Source: Synechocystis sp. PCC 6803 substr. PCC-P
Lineage (GTDB): Bacteria > Cyanobacteriota > Cyanobacteriia > Cyanobacteriales > Microcystaceae
DNA: 32,000 nucleotides
NCBI RefSeq assembly: GCF_000284455.1
Contig: NC_017039.1
Location: forward strand, 90,001 to 122,000
Direction of reading: 5' to 3'
The notes under the pieces were generated by a model. That model worked only from the letters and a program-made list of their open reading frames with translations, searched no databases and was not told the DNA's origin. Of this stretch, positions 9,402 to 18,478 are shown in pieces (the first letter of the stretch is position 1; every line of letters starts with the position of its first letter). A program made the translations under genes and the position numbers.

Positions 9402-10793
9402 ATGGTTAGCCTCACCCCCAATCCGAGTTATAGCGTCAGCCTACTGTTGGAACTCCCCAACCACGCCGGAACTTTGGCCAGCGTTACCCAGGCGATCGCC
9501 GATGCGGGGGGCAGTTTTGGGCAAATTTCCCTGATTGAGAGTAACTTAAAACTCACCCGGCGGGAAATTGCGGTGGATGCTTCCAGCAGTGAGCACGCCG
9601 AAAAAATTATTGGGGCAGTGAAAGCTCTGGATAATGTCAAATTGCTGAAGGTGTCCGATCGCACCTTTGATTTACACCGTCAGGGCAAAATTAGCGTGGT
9701 TAGTCGCATTCCCCTCACCTCCCAATCGGATTTGGCCATGGCCTATACCCCAGGGGTGGGGCGCATCTGTCGGGCGATCGCCGAAGATCCGGAAAAGGTT
9801 TATTCCCTGACCATTAAAAGCAATACGGTGGCGGTGGTGACCGATGGCAGTGCGGTGTTGGGGTTGGGTAACCTGGGGCCGGAAGCGGCTTTACCAGTGA
9901 TGGAAGGCAAGGCCATGTTATTCAAGGAATTTGCCCAACTGGACGCTTTTCCCATCTGTTTGGATACCCAGGATACGGAGGAAATTATTCGCACCGTCAA
10001 GGCGATCGCCCCGGTGTTTGGCGGCGTAAATTTGGAAGACATTGCCGCTCCCCGGTGTTTTGAAATTGAAGCCCGGCTGAAAAAAGAATTAAATATTCCT
10101 GTATTTCACGATGATCAGCACGGCACCGCCATTGTTACCCTGGCCGCTTTGTTAAATGCCCTCAAATTTGTTGGTAAAGCCATGGCCGCTGTCCGCATTG
10201 TCATCAACGGCGCTGGGGCTGCTGGGTTGGCGATCGCCGAATTGCTCAAGGAATCCGGAGCCACCGATATTTGGATTTGCGACTCCAAGGGCATTGTGGG
10301 CAAACATCGCACCGATTTAAACAGCAAAAAACAGAGCTTTGCGGTGGATGCGGAAGGGACTTTAGCCGATGCTATGGCTGGAGCTGATGTGTTTTTAGGG
10401 GTGAGTGCGCCGGGGGTAGTGACCAAGGAAATGGTGCAATCCATGGCCAAGGACCCGATTGTGTTTGCCATGGCCAACCCTATCCCCGAAATTCAGCCGG
10501 AATTAATCCAAGAGGATGCGGCGGTTATTGCCACGGGGCGCAGTGATTACCCCAACCAAATTAACAATGTGCTTGCCTTTCCGGGGGTTTTCCGGGGAGC
10601 CATTGACTGTAGAGCTAGCATTATTACCACCACCATGTGCATCGAAGCGGCCAAGGCGATCGCCTCTTTGGTGCACAGCAACACCCTAGATAGTGAGCAT
10701 ATTATTCCTTCGGTTTTTGACAATCGGGTCGCCACTACCGTAGCCAGTGCAGTGCAGTTGGCCGCCCGCAATGAAGGGGTGGCCGGTCAATAG
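9402..10793 (+). CDS. NAD(P)-dependent malic enzyme with N-terminal ACT domain
   Basis: ACT-like N-terminus (LLLELPNHAGTLASVTQAIADAGGSFGQISL), then malic enzyme motifs (AYTPGVGRICRAIAEDPEKVYSLTIKSNTVAVVTDGSAVLGLGNLGPEAALPVMEGKAMLFKEFA; FHDDQHGTAIV; NGAGAAGLAIAELL). Confidence 0.95.
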   Translation: MVSLTPNPSYSVSLLLELPNHAGTLASVTQAIADAGGSFGQISLIESNLKLTRREIAVDASSSEHAEKIIGAVKALDNVKLLKVSDRTFDLHRQGKISVVSRIPLTSQSDLAMAYTPGVGRICRAIAEDPEKVYSLTIKSNTVAVVTDGSAVLGLGNLGPEAALPVMEGKAMLFKEFAQLDAFPICLDTQDTEEIIRTVKAIAPVFGGVNLEDIAAPRCFEIEARLKKELNIPVFHDDQHGTAIVTLAALLNALKFVGKAMAAVRIVINGAGAAGLAIAELLKESGATDIWICDSKGIVGKHRTDLNSKKQSFAVDAEGTLADAMAGADVFLGVSAPGVVTKEMVQSMAKDPIVFAMANPIPEIQPELIQEDAAVIATGRSDYPNQINNVLAFPGVFRGAIDCRASIITTTMCIEAAKAIASLVHSNTLDSEHIIPSVFDNRVATTVASAVQLAARNEGVAGQ

Positions 10794-11795
10794 TTAATCG
10801 GGAATTGTTAAACCTTTACTGGTCAACCATTCCTGATTGTAAAGACGGGATTGGTAACGGGCTCCTCCGTCACAAAGTACGGTAACAATGGTATGCCCCG
10901 GCCCAAGTTTTTTGGCCAATTGGTAAGCCGCTCCCACATTAATGCCCACGGAACCGCCCATAAATAGGCCATCCCGCCGCAGAAGTTGGTACACCACCCG
11001 CAACGCTTCTGGATCGTCAATTTGCACCGCATCGTCAATGGGCACATTTTCCATGTTGGCGGTGATGCGACTGTTGCCAATGCCTTCGGTGATGGAGTTG
11101 CCGCTGGGGTTAATCTCCCCAGTTTTGATGAAGCTATACAGCCCACTACCCATGGGGTCCGCCACCACGCATTGCACGGCCTCAGACTGTTCTTTAAGAT
11201 ACAGGGCTACCCCTGCATAGGTTCCTCCGGTGCCAGTGGCTGCCACCCAAGCATCTACTTTGCCGTCCGTTTGTTGCCAAATTTCGGGGCCGGTGGTGTG
11301 GTAGTGGGCATCACGGTTGGCCAAATTATCAAATTGATTGGCCCAAATGGCGTTATCTAATTCTGCGGCAATGCGTCCGGAGAGTTTGACGTAATTGTTG
11401 GGATCCCGGTAGGGCACGGCGGGCACGGTCCTGACTTCTGCCCCCAGGGTGCGGAGCAAATCAATTTTTTCCTGGGATTGGGTGTCGGGAATGACAATTA
11501 AGCATTTATAACCCTTGGCGTTGCAAATGTGGGCGAGACCAATGCCCGTATTACCCGCTGTGCCTTCCACCACAGTGCCACCGGGTTTGAGCTTCCCTTC
11601 CTTTTCGGCGGTTTCGATGATGCCCAGGGCGGCCCGGTCTTTGACAGAACCACCAGGGTTCATAAATTCTGCTTTGCCTAAAATTTCACAGCCGGTTTCG
11701 TCACTGAAACTGTTAAGGCGAATCAAGGGGGTGTGGCCAATGGAGTCCACAAAGCCGTGCTTAATATCCATGCTGAGTTGAGGTAAGGCGGTCAA
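10794..11795 (-). CDS. cysM: Cysteine synthase/PLP-dependent beta-replacement enzyme
   Basis: PLP lysine motif NPGGSVKDRAALGIIE; TAGNTGIGLAHICNAKGYKCLIVIP; AATGTGGTYAGV. The CysK versus CysM label is not resolved from sequence alone. Confidence 0.88.
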   Translation of the reverse strand: MTALPQLSMDIKHGFVDSIGHTPLIRLNSFSDETGCEILGKAEFMNPGGSVKDRAALGIIETAEKEGKLKPGGTVVEGTAGNTGIGLAHICNAKGYKCLIVIPDTQSQEKIDLLRTLGAEVRTVPAVPYRDPNNYVKLSGRIAAELDNAIWANQFDNLANRDAHYHTTGPEIWQQTDGKVDAWVAATGTGGTYAGVALYLKEQSEAVQCVVADPMGSGLYSFIKTGEINPSGNSITEGIGNSRITANMENVPIDDAVQIDDPEALRVVYQLLRRDGLFMGGSVGINVGAAYQLAKKLGPGHTIVTVLCDGGARYQSRLYNQEWLTSKGLTIPD

Positions 11796-11883
11796 GCGGG
11801 GGTTAAAACCCTGTTAGGTTATCCTACCCCAGGGAGGATGGGCTGATGTAGGGGGAATTTCTGCCGCAATTGATTGATCCAGG

Positions 11884-12831
11884 TCAATTATTCATAATTT
11901 GGATGCCGTGGCCGATGGTGTGGGTTAGCCAAAAATCCACGTCGGGGTCGTTTAATTTTTCTTTGGCGATCGCCAGGACCTGTTCCGCTTCTGCTTGCTC
12001 CCGGCAAAGGGTAAACACGCTGGGGCCGGAGCCGGACATCATGGTGCCCAATCCCCCCGCTGACTGTAGGACCTGACGTAACTGGGCTACAGGCTGATGA
12101 GCCGGGAGCACAACTTTTTCTAAATCGTTGTGGATATGGCTGGCGATTTGCCCTGGGTTGCGGTGCTGAATGCCCTGGAGTAGGGGCCCTGCATGGATGG
12201 TTTTCCGCCGGGCTCGCTGGGACTGGTCATCGTTTAGGTAATTCTTGCCAAACTTTTGACGATAGGTTTGGTAAGCCCAGGGGGTAGAAACTTCTATGGA
12301 ACGATGTTTGGCCAATACCACCCAGAAGCAATTGCCGTCCGGTAAGGGGTCGAGGATTTCCCCCCGTCCCGTGGCGATCGCCGTGCCACCGCCAATGCAA
12401 AAGGGAATGTCGGAACCCAGTTGGGCCGCTAACTGTTCTAATTCCGGCCTGGTTAAGCCTAAATTCCAGAGCAGGTCTAAACCGACTAACACCGCCGCTG
12501 CATCGGCCGAGCCCCCCGCTAAGCCCGCCGCCATGGGAATATGCTTGGTCAAGGTGATATCTACGCCGCCGTAATTATCATGGGCTTGGGGAAAATTGTT
12601 AATCATCAACTGGGCCGCTCGGTAGGCCAAATTGGTGGCATCGTTGGCCAAGGGACTATCCCCACAACTGAGCCGGATGTCATCGGTGCCGTTGGCCCGC
12701 ACGGTAATTTTATCCCCCAGGGCAATGCTCTGCAACACCATTACCAATTCGTGGAAACCGTCGGGGCGATCGCCAAGAATTTCGAGGAAAAGATTAATTT
12801 TGGCCGGGGCATGGAGGGTGTAGGAATGCAT
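11884..12831 (-). CDS. ispE: 4-diphosphocytidyl-2-C-methyl-D-erythritol kinase (MEP pathway GHMP kinase)
   Basis: [31 protein letters not shown] plus GHMP ATP-binding motif [22 protein letters not shown] and [10 protein letters not shown]. Confidence 0.95.
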   Translation of the reverse strand: MHSYTLHAPAKINLFLEILGDRPDGFHELVMVLQSIALGDKITVRANGTDDIRLSCGDSPLANDATNLAYRAAQLMINNFPQAHDNYGGVDITLTKHIPMAAGLAGGSADAAAVLVGLDLLWNLGLTRPELEQLAAQLGSDIPFCIGGGTAIATGRGEILDPLPDGNCFWVVLAKHRSIEVSTPWAYQTYRQKFGKNYLNDDQSQRARRKTIHAGPLLQGIQHRNPGQIASHIHNDLEKVVLPAHQPVAQLRQVLQSAGGLGTMMSGSGPSVFTLCREQAEAEQVLAIAKEKLNDPDVDFWLTHTIGHGIQIMNN

Positions 12832-12920
12832 TAAGTTGGGGGTGAAAGAGGGGCAATAAATCAGTTAAATCTAACCACTCAAGTTATCGCCTAACATTTT
12901 ACGGCGATTGGCGAATCCTA
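12765..12920. repeat. Left copy of duplicated ksgA-3'/ispE-5' junction (ksgA tail degenerate, about 91-nt internal deletion)
   Basis: gatcgccaagaatttcgaggaaaagattaatttt...ggggcatggagggtgtaggaatgcatta.gttgggggt...ctaacca... and aacattttacggcgattggcgaatccta recur at 17405-17652 in the same order and orientation. Confidence 0.9.
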
Positions 12921-12929
12921 ATTTGATCT

Positions 12930-15110
12930 TTATTTTTTGTCCTTAATAATTATATTCAAGATCTCTGGAAGAGTAAAATAAATATAGTAAAGAATTGGCG
13001 TGCCAACAACATCTATTGTCCCAAAATTACGACATAAATCAGAGTTGGGTATTTTAAGTTGAGGAACTTGAATCGGAGTGGAATCAATATGAAAAGTTAT
13101 ACACCATTTAACTTTAATTTTTAATTTTCTATGTTCATCTCTATCTTCTTCTTTTTCTCCCAAATCATAAAATAAATTGTCGTAAAAATAGTCTATATTT
13201 ATTTTATTAAATTCTTTACCAATAATACTTTGTGAATATGGAAAATAAGATTCCATAAGATTTGGAATATCCACTTGAATTTCTTTGAAAAAGATTTCTA
13301 CTTGTTCAAGAATATAAGTCCTGGCATTTTTTCTTTGCGCCTCATTTTGGAAAGTAATCAAAGGAATATAATTGCTTTTTAAGTCTTCATTTTCGAATAA
13401 AATAATTTCTTTTTTTTTAACTGAAGCATGAGCATTATTTTTTCGAAATTGGTAATAATTCTTCTCACGAATTGGGCTATCAAAGTCTGATGCCTCAGTA
13501 ATACCCAAATAAATATTTTGTATTGCAACAAAATTTGCCTTAAATATTTGAATACCTCTAATGTGAAATCTGTCCTCCATAATTCCCAGAAAATTACTCT
13601 CAGATTCGAGTTTGTCAACATAATAAAAAGGAATAAAAAAGTAATTTCCGATAGTGGCTTGAGGAAAAACTTGTTGCAATGCTAATTCATAACCAAGTTG
13701 TTTTTCCAAAGCTACTCTGTACCCTTTATCAGTTTCTTCTAAAGATTTATTTTCATAATCTTCATATTTTTTTAAAGAAATATTCTTAAAATCCACAATT
13801 GCAAAGTAACTTGAATCTTCATTTTTAGTAACAGTAACTAGGTCTGGCTGTGGATATCGACGCAACTGATTGGGGTAATCTGATCTAGTCACTTTATATT
13901 TCACGTCAGGAAAGATTCTCGCCTTTAAATCCCATTCAATACAGAATAATTCTCGCCAATAGAGTGGCTTGTAATTATTGGGATGGTCAACTTCAGACTG
14001 TTTTTTTTGATATAGCCACTGATTACTAGATTTATTTTTCCACCAACCAACTCTATTTTGTTCGCTTTCTGGTCTATGATGTTTAGAATTTCTAATTCTA
14101 TTATTTTTATAGCCTACTATCGGAATATCAGTATCTGCAAAGCCAATTTTATTAAAATCATTCTGAATAGGGTTAAAGTTCTTCTTAAAGAAGTAAGTTT
14201 GACACATATCTTCCCAAACATAATCAAAACCTTGTTCTCCTTGTATTCCCCAAAAATCGCCATCATCTAAGTTTGGGTTTAATCCCCCATACAAAAAAAT
14301 CTCGATAGCTTCATATAGCCCCCAATAATCAGCATCTTTATAATGCGTATTTCTATCTATATTATCAAGAGCCTCTTTGCAAATTGAAAGAGTTTCTTCA
14401 AAAGTATCTTGGTCAAAAAGAGAATGATTAATAGTTAAATAGTGATCTCTAAATCTTTGAGATAAAAATTGAATATCCTGACTTCTATCATAAATATGAT
14501 CAAGTACATCTTCCTGCAATTGTTGAATAATTTCATCGAGAATAAAACAATAAAGATCAACTATATCGGTGCTTTCATGACTTATCATTGAACGCGGTAA
14601 GTTCATAACATCGATATAAATTGCTCCATTATTTAAATAAATAGCTCTATCTAAATATTTATAAATTTTAGAATAGTCTATTTCTTCACTGCGTCGAGCT
14701 TTTTTTTCGATAGAATTGAGCGCCAAATCATCATAAGCCTCTAATATTCGTTCAATCATCGAAAGTTTACTGTATAAAATACACTCGCTTGCCTCTTTAT
14801 AGTCTAAACTAATACCACCCGTGCTTAAATTGACCTGGTCTTGGTTTTTCTTGTTTTTAGCATCTTTTCTTGTGACTCTTGAATTATTCTCATTATCACG
14901 ATCAAACTTCCTTAGTGTTCGATACATCAAAAAGAAAGAATCACGGACTTTATTGAATTTGTCGGTATCTTCAGAAGTAGCTGCATTTTGATATTTATCA
15001 ATAAAATTGTCAAAACCTTTTGGTAAATAAAAAGCATATCCATCAGGTTCAGATTTAATACCTACAAAGTCTGAGTTTGTTTTTAGATTAAGTTGCGAAA
15101 AGTTCCACAT
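12930..15110 (-). CDS. McrC-like/LlaJI-R2-like restriction protein with PD-(D/E)XK nuclease core
   Basis: 726 aa. Nuclease-like core: QGFDYVWEDMC (helix with candidate acidic residue), QLRRYPQPDLVTVTKNEDSSYFAIVDFKNISL (PD...D-x-K), EKQLGYELALQQVFP (Q/Y helix as in McrC-like nucleases). Immediately downstream of an McrB-like gene on the same strand. Confidence 0.75.
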   Translation of the reverse strand: MWNFSQLNLKTNSDFVGIKSEPDGYAFYLPKGFDNFIDKYQNAATSEDTDKFNKVRDSFFLMYRTLRKFDRDNENNSRVTRKDAKNKKNQDQVNLSTGGISLDYKEASECILYSKLSMIERILEAYDDLALNSIEKKARRSEEIDYSKIYKYLDRAIYLNNGAIYIDVMNLPRSMISHESTDIVDLYCFILDEIIQQLQEDVLDHIYDRSQDIQFLSQRFRDHYLTINHSLFDQDTFEETLSICKEALDNIDRNTHYKDADYWGLYEAIEIFLYGGLNPNLDDGDFWGIQGEQGFDYVWEDMCQTYFFKKNFNPIQNDFNKIGFADTDIPIVGYKNNRIRNSKHHRPESEQNRVGWWKNKSSNQWLYQKKQSEVDHPNNYKPLYWRELFCIEWDLKARIFPDVKYKVTRSDYPNQLRRYPQPDLVTVTKNEDSSYFAIVDFKNISLKKYEDYENKSLEETDKGYRVALEKQLGYELALQQVFPQATIGNYFFIPFYYVDKLESESNFLGIMEDRFHIRGIQIFKANFVAIQNIYLGITEASDFDSPIREKNYYQFRKNNAHASVKKKEIILFENEDLKSNYIPLITFQNEAQRKNARTYILEQVEIFFKEIQVDIPNLMESYFPYSQSIIGKEFNKINIDYFYDNLFYDLGEKEEDRDEHRKLKIKVKWCITFHIDSTPIQVPQLKIPNSDLCRNFGTIDVVGTPILYYIYFTLPEILNIIIKDKK

Positions 15111-15150
15111 AATATGTAAATAAAACTATTCAATGAAAAGAAAACTTAGA

Positions 15151-16539
15151 TTATTTTGATTGATAATTTATGAGATTCATTACAAAAGCTTCATGATGTG
15201 TAATAAAGTCTCCAAAAGTTACTAATTTTTTATCATTTTTGTTAAATCCTAAAAGTTCTCGAAGTGGATTTTTGTCTCGGTTAAAAACACTATCCCAAAC
15301 AAAAAACATCAATTTATTTTTTATTTGATCTTCTGTAACTATTGCTGTATTTATGAAATGATAGCCTATTTGCATATCTTCTATTCTGCCACTTCTCACA
15401 GAATTATGATTATCTTTAATGAAGTTGTTAAATTTTTCTACTAAATCTGTCCACTTTAAATTAACATTTCCATAATCTATTAAAATAACATTATTTATTT
15501 CTTGATCATTATCTTGTTTCCAATCTACGTATTCCCACTCCCAACGTCTTTTAAAGGCATTATCCATAAAATATATAGAATTATCAGAAGTATTCATTGT
15601 TCCAAAAATGGAAAGATTGTAAGGAATACGAATTGAACTACCTACTGCTGTATTAACTTTTACTTTAATTTTAATTTCCTCAAATACAGTAAATTTTTCT
15701 AGCACGTTAGACGAACCTTTATTTTGATATTTGTATGTAGGATTACCATCATCTATTCCCGTTTGTTGAAAGCCTATTAGTTCAACCATTTTTCTAAATT
15801 CTAAATCGGAAATATTAATACCATAAGCTGACCAACCATCTCGACCTCGATCTAAAAGTTGAAAAACTGTCCCAAAAATTGCAGAAGAATTACCTCGATT
15901 AATTTCATCAATTACTAAGGCAACGTTTTGAGCTTGTACACCTTCCTTCTGAGCAATGATAATATTTTTATACGCTTGTGCTAGTGCCTTCAAAAAATGT
16001 CCTTCATAAAATTGATAATAAACACTCTTATCTTTATCATCATTCATAGTCATTGGCATTAATTTTCCCATAAAATCGCCATAGGTGTATTCGGGATGAA
16101 AAACAGTCTTAATTAAATTTTCAGGATGAATATTTTTATCAATACCTAAAACTTGTTTAACAATTCCACCATCATCATCATTAGAAATCTTATGGCTTTT
16201 GCCAGTACCAGGACAACCGAAAAATATTTTTTGAATTGGACTATTCATAACTTTGTAATGACCTTTGCTTTTATCATTGCCTTGATGCTGCAAGCGATCA
16301 AGTAAATCTAATAACTGTTCATCAGTAAGTTTATCGCGGACTATTTGCCCGTAAGTCTTGCGAATATAGTTGTACTGCTCTGATTGCCTCCATCTTAAAC
16401 GTTCAAACTCTTTATTGGTTTTAGCTATAAAATCTCTCCGCTTAAGAGATTCAAAATCTTCCATAGTTTCGTATGGTTGTTGCTTTTGTAGATCCGTTTT
16501 GAGCCACTTACTTAATATAATATTACTCACATTCCGCAC
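15151..16539 (-). CDS. McrB-like AAA+ NTPase (probable restriction/defence ATPase or GTPase)
   Basis: 462 aa with Walker A FFGCPGTGKSH, HPEYTYGDFMGKLMP, Walker B VALVIDEINRGNSSAIFGTVFQLLD, and McrB-like IFGTMNTSDNSIYFMDNAFKRRWEWEYV (MNTxD plus arginine region). Confidence 0.88.
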   Translation of the reverse strand: MRNVSNIILSKWLKTDLQKQQPYETMEDFESLKRRDFIAKTNKEFERLRWRQSEQYNYIRKTYGQIVRDKLTDEQLLDLLDRLQHQGNDKSKGHYKVMNSPIQKIFFGCPGTGKSHKISNDDDGGIVKQVLGIDKNIHPENLIKTVFHPEYTYGDFMGKLMPMTMNDDKDKSVYYQFYEGHFLKALAQAYKNIIIAQKEGVQAQNVALVIDEINRGNSSAIFGTVFQLLDRGRDGWSAYGINISDLEFRKMVELIGFQQTGIDDGNPTYKYQNKGSSNVLEKFTVFEEIKIKVKVNTAVGSSIRIPYNLSIFGTMNTSDNSIYFMDNAFKRRWEWEYVDWKQDNDQEINNVILIDYGNVNLKWTDLVEKFNNFIKDNHNSVRSGRIEDMQIGYHFINTAIVTEDQIKNKLMFFVWDSVFNRDKNPLRELLGFNKNDKKLVTFGDFITHHEAFVMNLINYQSK

Positions 16540-16914
16540 ACGCTATATGGAGCGTAGCAGTATAAATAAATGCGCAGTAAACACAGTATAAGCAAAAACT
16601 ATTGCGCTATCAATAGCAGCAATCTGCGAAATGTCAGTATTAGTGAATAATTATTCATATTATATCTAAAAAGGTTATCCCACACAACAAAAAATGGGTA
16701 GTTATTAACCACCCTTCAAATCTATAATCAACCTACAGCGGTCATGCTTTCCATCTGGTATACCAAAGTCATTGTAAAACAGTGGTTACAGGCATTTTAT
16801 ATGTGCCTAACTAATAGGGTATCCGCTGTATCCCTCTTCCGTCAAACCAAGAGAGATATTTTAGGATTAATTATTGAAAGTGCCTAATCGTAAGACTTTC
16901 AGAACTTGGCACTT

Positions 16915-17229
16915 GGTTTGCCCCCCTCTGGCAGTGCCTACAATTGATATGGACTGATAGCGCCTTTGTCGGAAAAGATTTTATCTAGTGGGTGGAGCAG
17001 ACCTTGGGCTGGAACTTTGGAAGTCGTCAGCAAAAAAGACGGGCAGAAGGGCTTCGAGATTTTACCGCGACGTTGGGTCGTTGAACGTACCTTTTCTTGG
17101 TTTGGTCACTATCGTCGTTTAAGTAAAGACTATGAATATTTACCTAACACTAGTGAGACAATGCTTTATTTCGCTATGATCAGTCTCATGCTCCGGAGGC
17201 TTGCCTAAAACTTTTCAAACACTTTCTAA
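16915..17229 (+). pseudogene. Decayed, 5'-truncated IS5-like (IS427-type) transposase remnant
   Basis: Track ORF 16966..17208 encodes [51 protein letters not shown], the typical C-terminal DDE 'E' region. The upstream conserved block is in another frame with an in-frame stop ([20 protein letters not shown]), so the gene is frameshifted and interrupted. Start coordinate approximate. Confidence 0.8.
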
Positions 17230-17404
17230 AGCATTTTTAACAGAATCGTGGAAAATATCTTTGGCTGGCATAGGTTGCTAGAATTTAATTCTAATCTATT
17301 CGAAAAGCTGGATTAAAGATCCCATAAGTGTAAGAACTACAAACATAAATCTAAAACTTTCTAGCAAAACTTGATCCGCCGTCAGTGATACCCATAATTT
17401 GCTT

Positions 17405-17471
17405 GGTGATCGCCAAGAATTTCGAGGAAAAGATTAATTTTGTCTGGGGCATGGAGGGTGTAGGAATGCAT
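17405..17471 (-). pseudogene. Truncated 5' fragment of ispE (about 22 codons) downstream of ksgA
   Basis: [22 protein letters not shown] identical except for one or two residues to the start of the full ispE at 12831; its ATG overlaps the ksgA stop as TAATG. Confidence 0.85.
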
Positions 17472-17652
17472 TAGGTTGGGGGTAAAAAAGTCGGCAACAA
17501 ATTAGTTAACTCTAACCATTGTTCTAGGCTTAAGTCTTCCGCCCGGGCAGTGCTCGGCAAAGCTAACTGCTCCAATAAAGTAGTCAACTGTTCCGGGGCA
17601 ATTAATCCCTTGAGGTTATTGCGTAACATTTTACGGCGATTGGCGAATCCTA
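17405..17652. repeat. Right copy of duplicated ksgA-3'/ispE-5' junction (intact ksgA tail, truncated ispE head)
   Basis: Direct-orientation counterpart of 12765-12920. Reverse-strand reading from 17471 gives [22 protein letters not shown]..., matching the ispE N-terminus [22 protein letters not shown] before homology ends. Confidence 0.9.
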
Positions 17653-18325
17653 AGCAGAGAAGTTGATCCAGTAAGCGACGATCTCCTGGTAATTGCTCGA
17701 CGGGGTAAGGGGTTAAACGAATGACAGCGGAATCCACTTTAGGGGGTGGCGTAAAAGCTTTGGGGGGTACATCCACAATCCAATCCACCCTGGCTAGGTA
17801 TTGCATCCGTACCGATAGGGCACCGTAGGCTTTGGTGCTGGGTTGGGCCGTTAACCGTTCGGCAATTTCTTTTTGCACCAATAAAACAATGGTTTCAAAG
17901 CCTGGTACCCTCGGTTTTTGGATGGTACCCAACAGTAGTTCCAAAATCGGACTGGTGATGTTATAGGGAATATTAGCGACCACTTTATTGAGGGGAGAAA
18001 ATTGAGGAAAATCCTGTAATAAAGCGTTTAAATCTAGTATTAATACGTCCCCTTCGAGGAGCAGAAAATTTTCCCGTTGCCCTAACTTTTTGCGTAATTT
18101 AAGGCATAAATCCCGGTCTAGCTCCACCGCCACCACCGGATTCCCCGTAGCCAATAGCTGTTTAGTTAAAACCCCCATGCCAGGGCCAATTTCCAGCAGG
18201 CGATCTCGTAGAGATCCGCTTTGCGGTGCGCCGGACTGAATATCTGCGGCCGCCACAATGGCCTGTAAAGTTGGTTCATGGTTTAGCCAATGTTGGCCAA
18301 AGCGTTTGCGGGGTCGAAAAGCCAT
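17471..18325 (-). CDS. ksgA: 16S rRNA (adenine(1518)-N6/adenine(1519)-N6)-dimethyltransferase (RsmA/KsgA)
   Basis: RPRKRFGQHWLNHEPTLQAIV, LLEIGPGMGVLTKQLL, VVANIPYNITSPILELLL, FTPPPKVDSAVI and the C-terminal GFANRRKMLRNNLKG signature. Confidence 0.97.
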   Translation of the reverse strand: MAFRPRKRFGQHWLNHEPTLQAIVAAADIQSGAPQSGSLRDRLLEIGPGMGVLTKQLLATGNPVVAVELDRDLCLKLRKKLGQRENFLLLEGDVLILDLNALLQDFPQFSPLNKVVANIPYNITSPILELLLGTIQKPRVPGFETIVLLVQKEIAERLTAQPSTKAYGALSVRMQYLARVDWIVDVPPKAFTPPPKVDSAVIRLTPYPVEQLPGDRRLLDQLLCLGFANRRKMLRNNLKGLIAPEQLTTLLEQLALPSTARAEDLSLEQWLELTNLLPTFLPPT

Positions 18326-18478
18326 AAAATTCTAATCAATGCTTGGTTTACTACCCTGCCGGGGCAATGCCAGAAGCCCATTGTACAATTTGTCCTATCC
18401 CCCATCCTTGTTTCAACTAACTTAACTCCGTCAATCCTTTCTCTACCCGTCCAGGAAAAATCTTCTAGTTCTTTTGTT

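Noticed and set aside
13379-14270. ORFs 13379..13621 (-) and 14058..14270 (+)
   Set aside because: Nested in or opposite the McrC-like gene; the long frame with nuclease motifs is preferred.
16370-16591. ORF 16370..16591 (+)
   Set aside because: Antisense to the start of the McrB-like gene with no motif; likely chance.
12765-17652. Simple short target-site duplication by a transposon as origin of the flanking repeats
   Set aside because: Repeats are about 150-250 bp, diverged and span two gene ends, far longer than any transposon target duplication.
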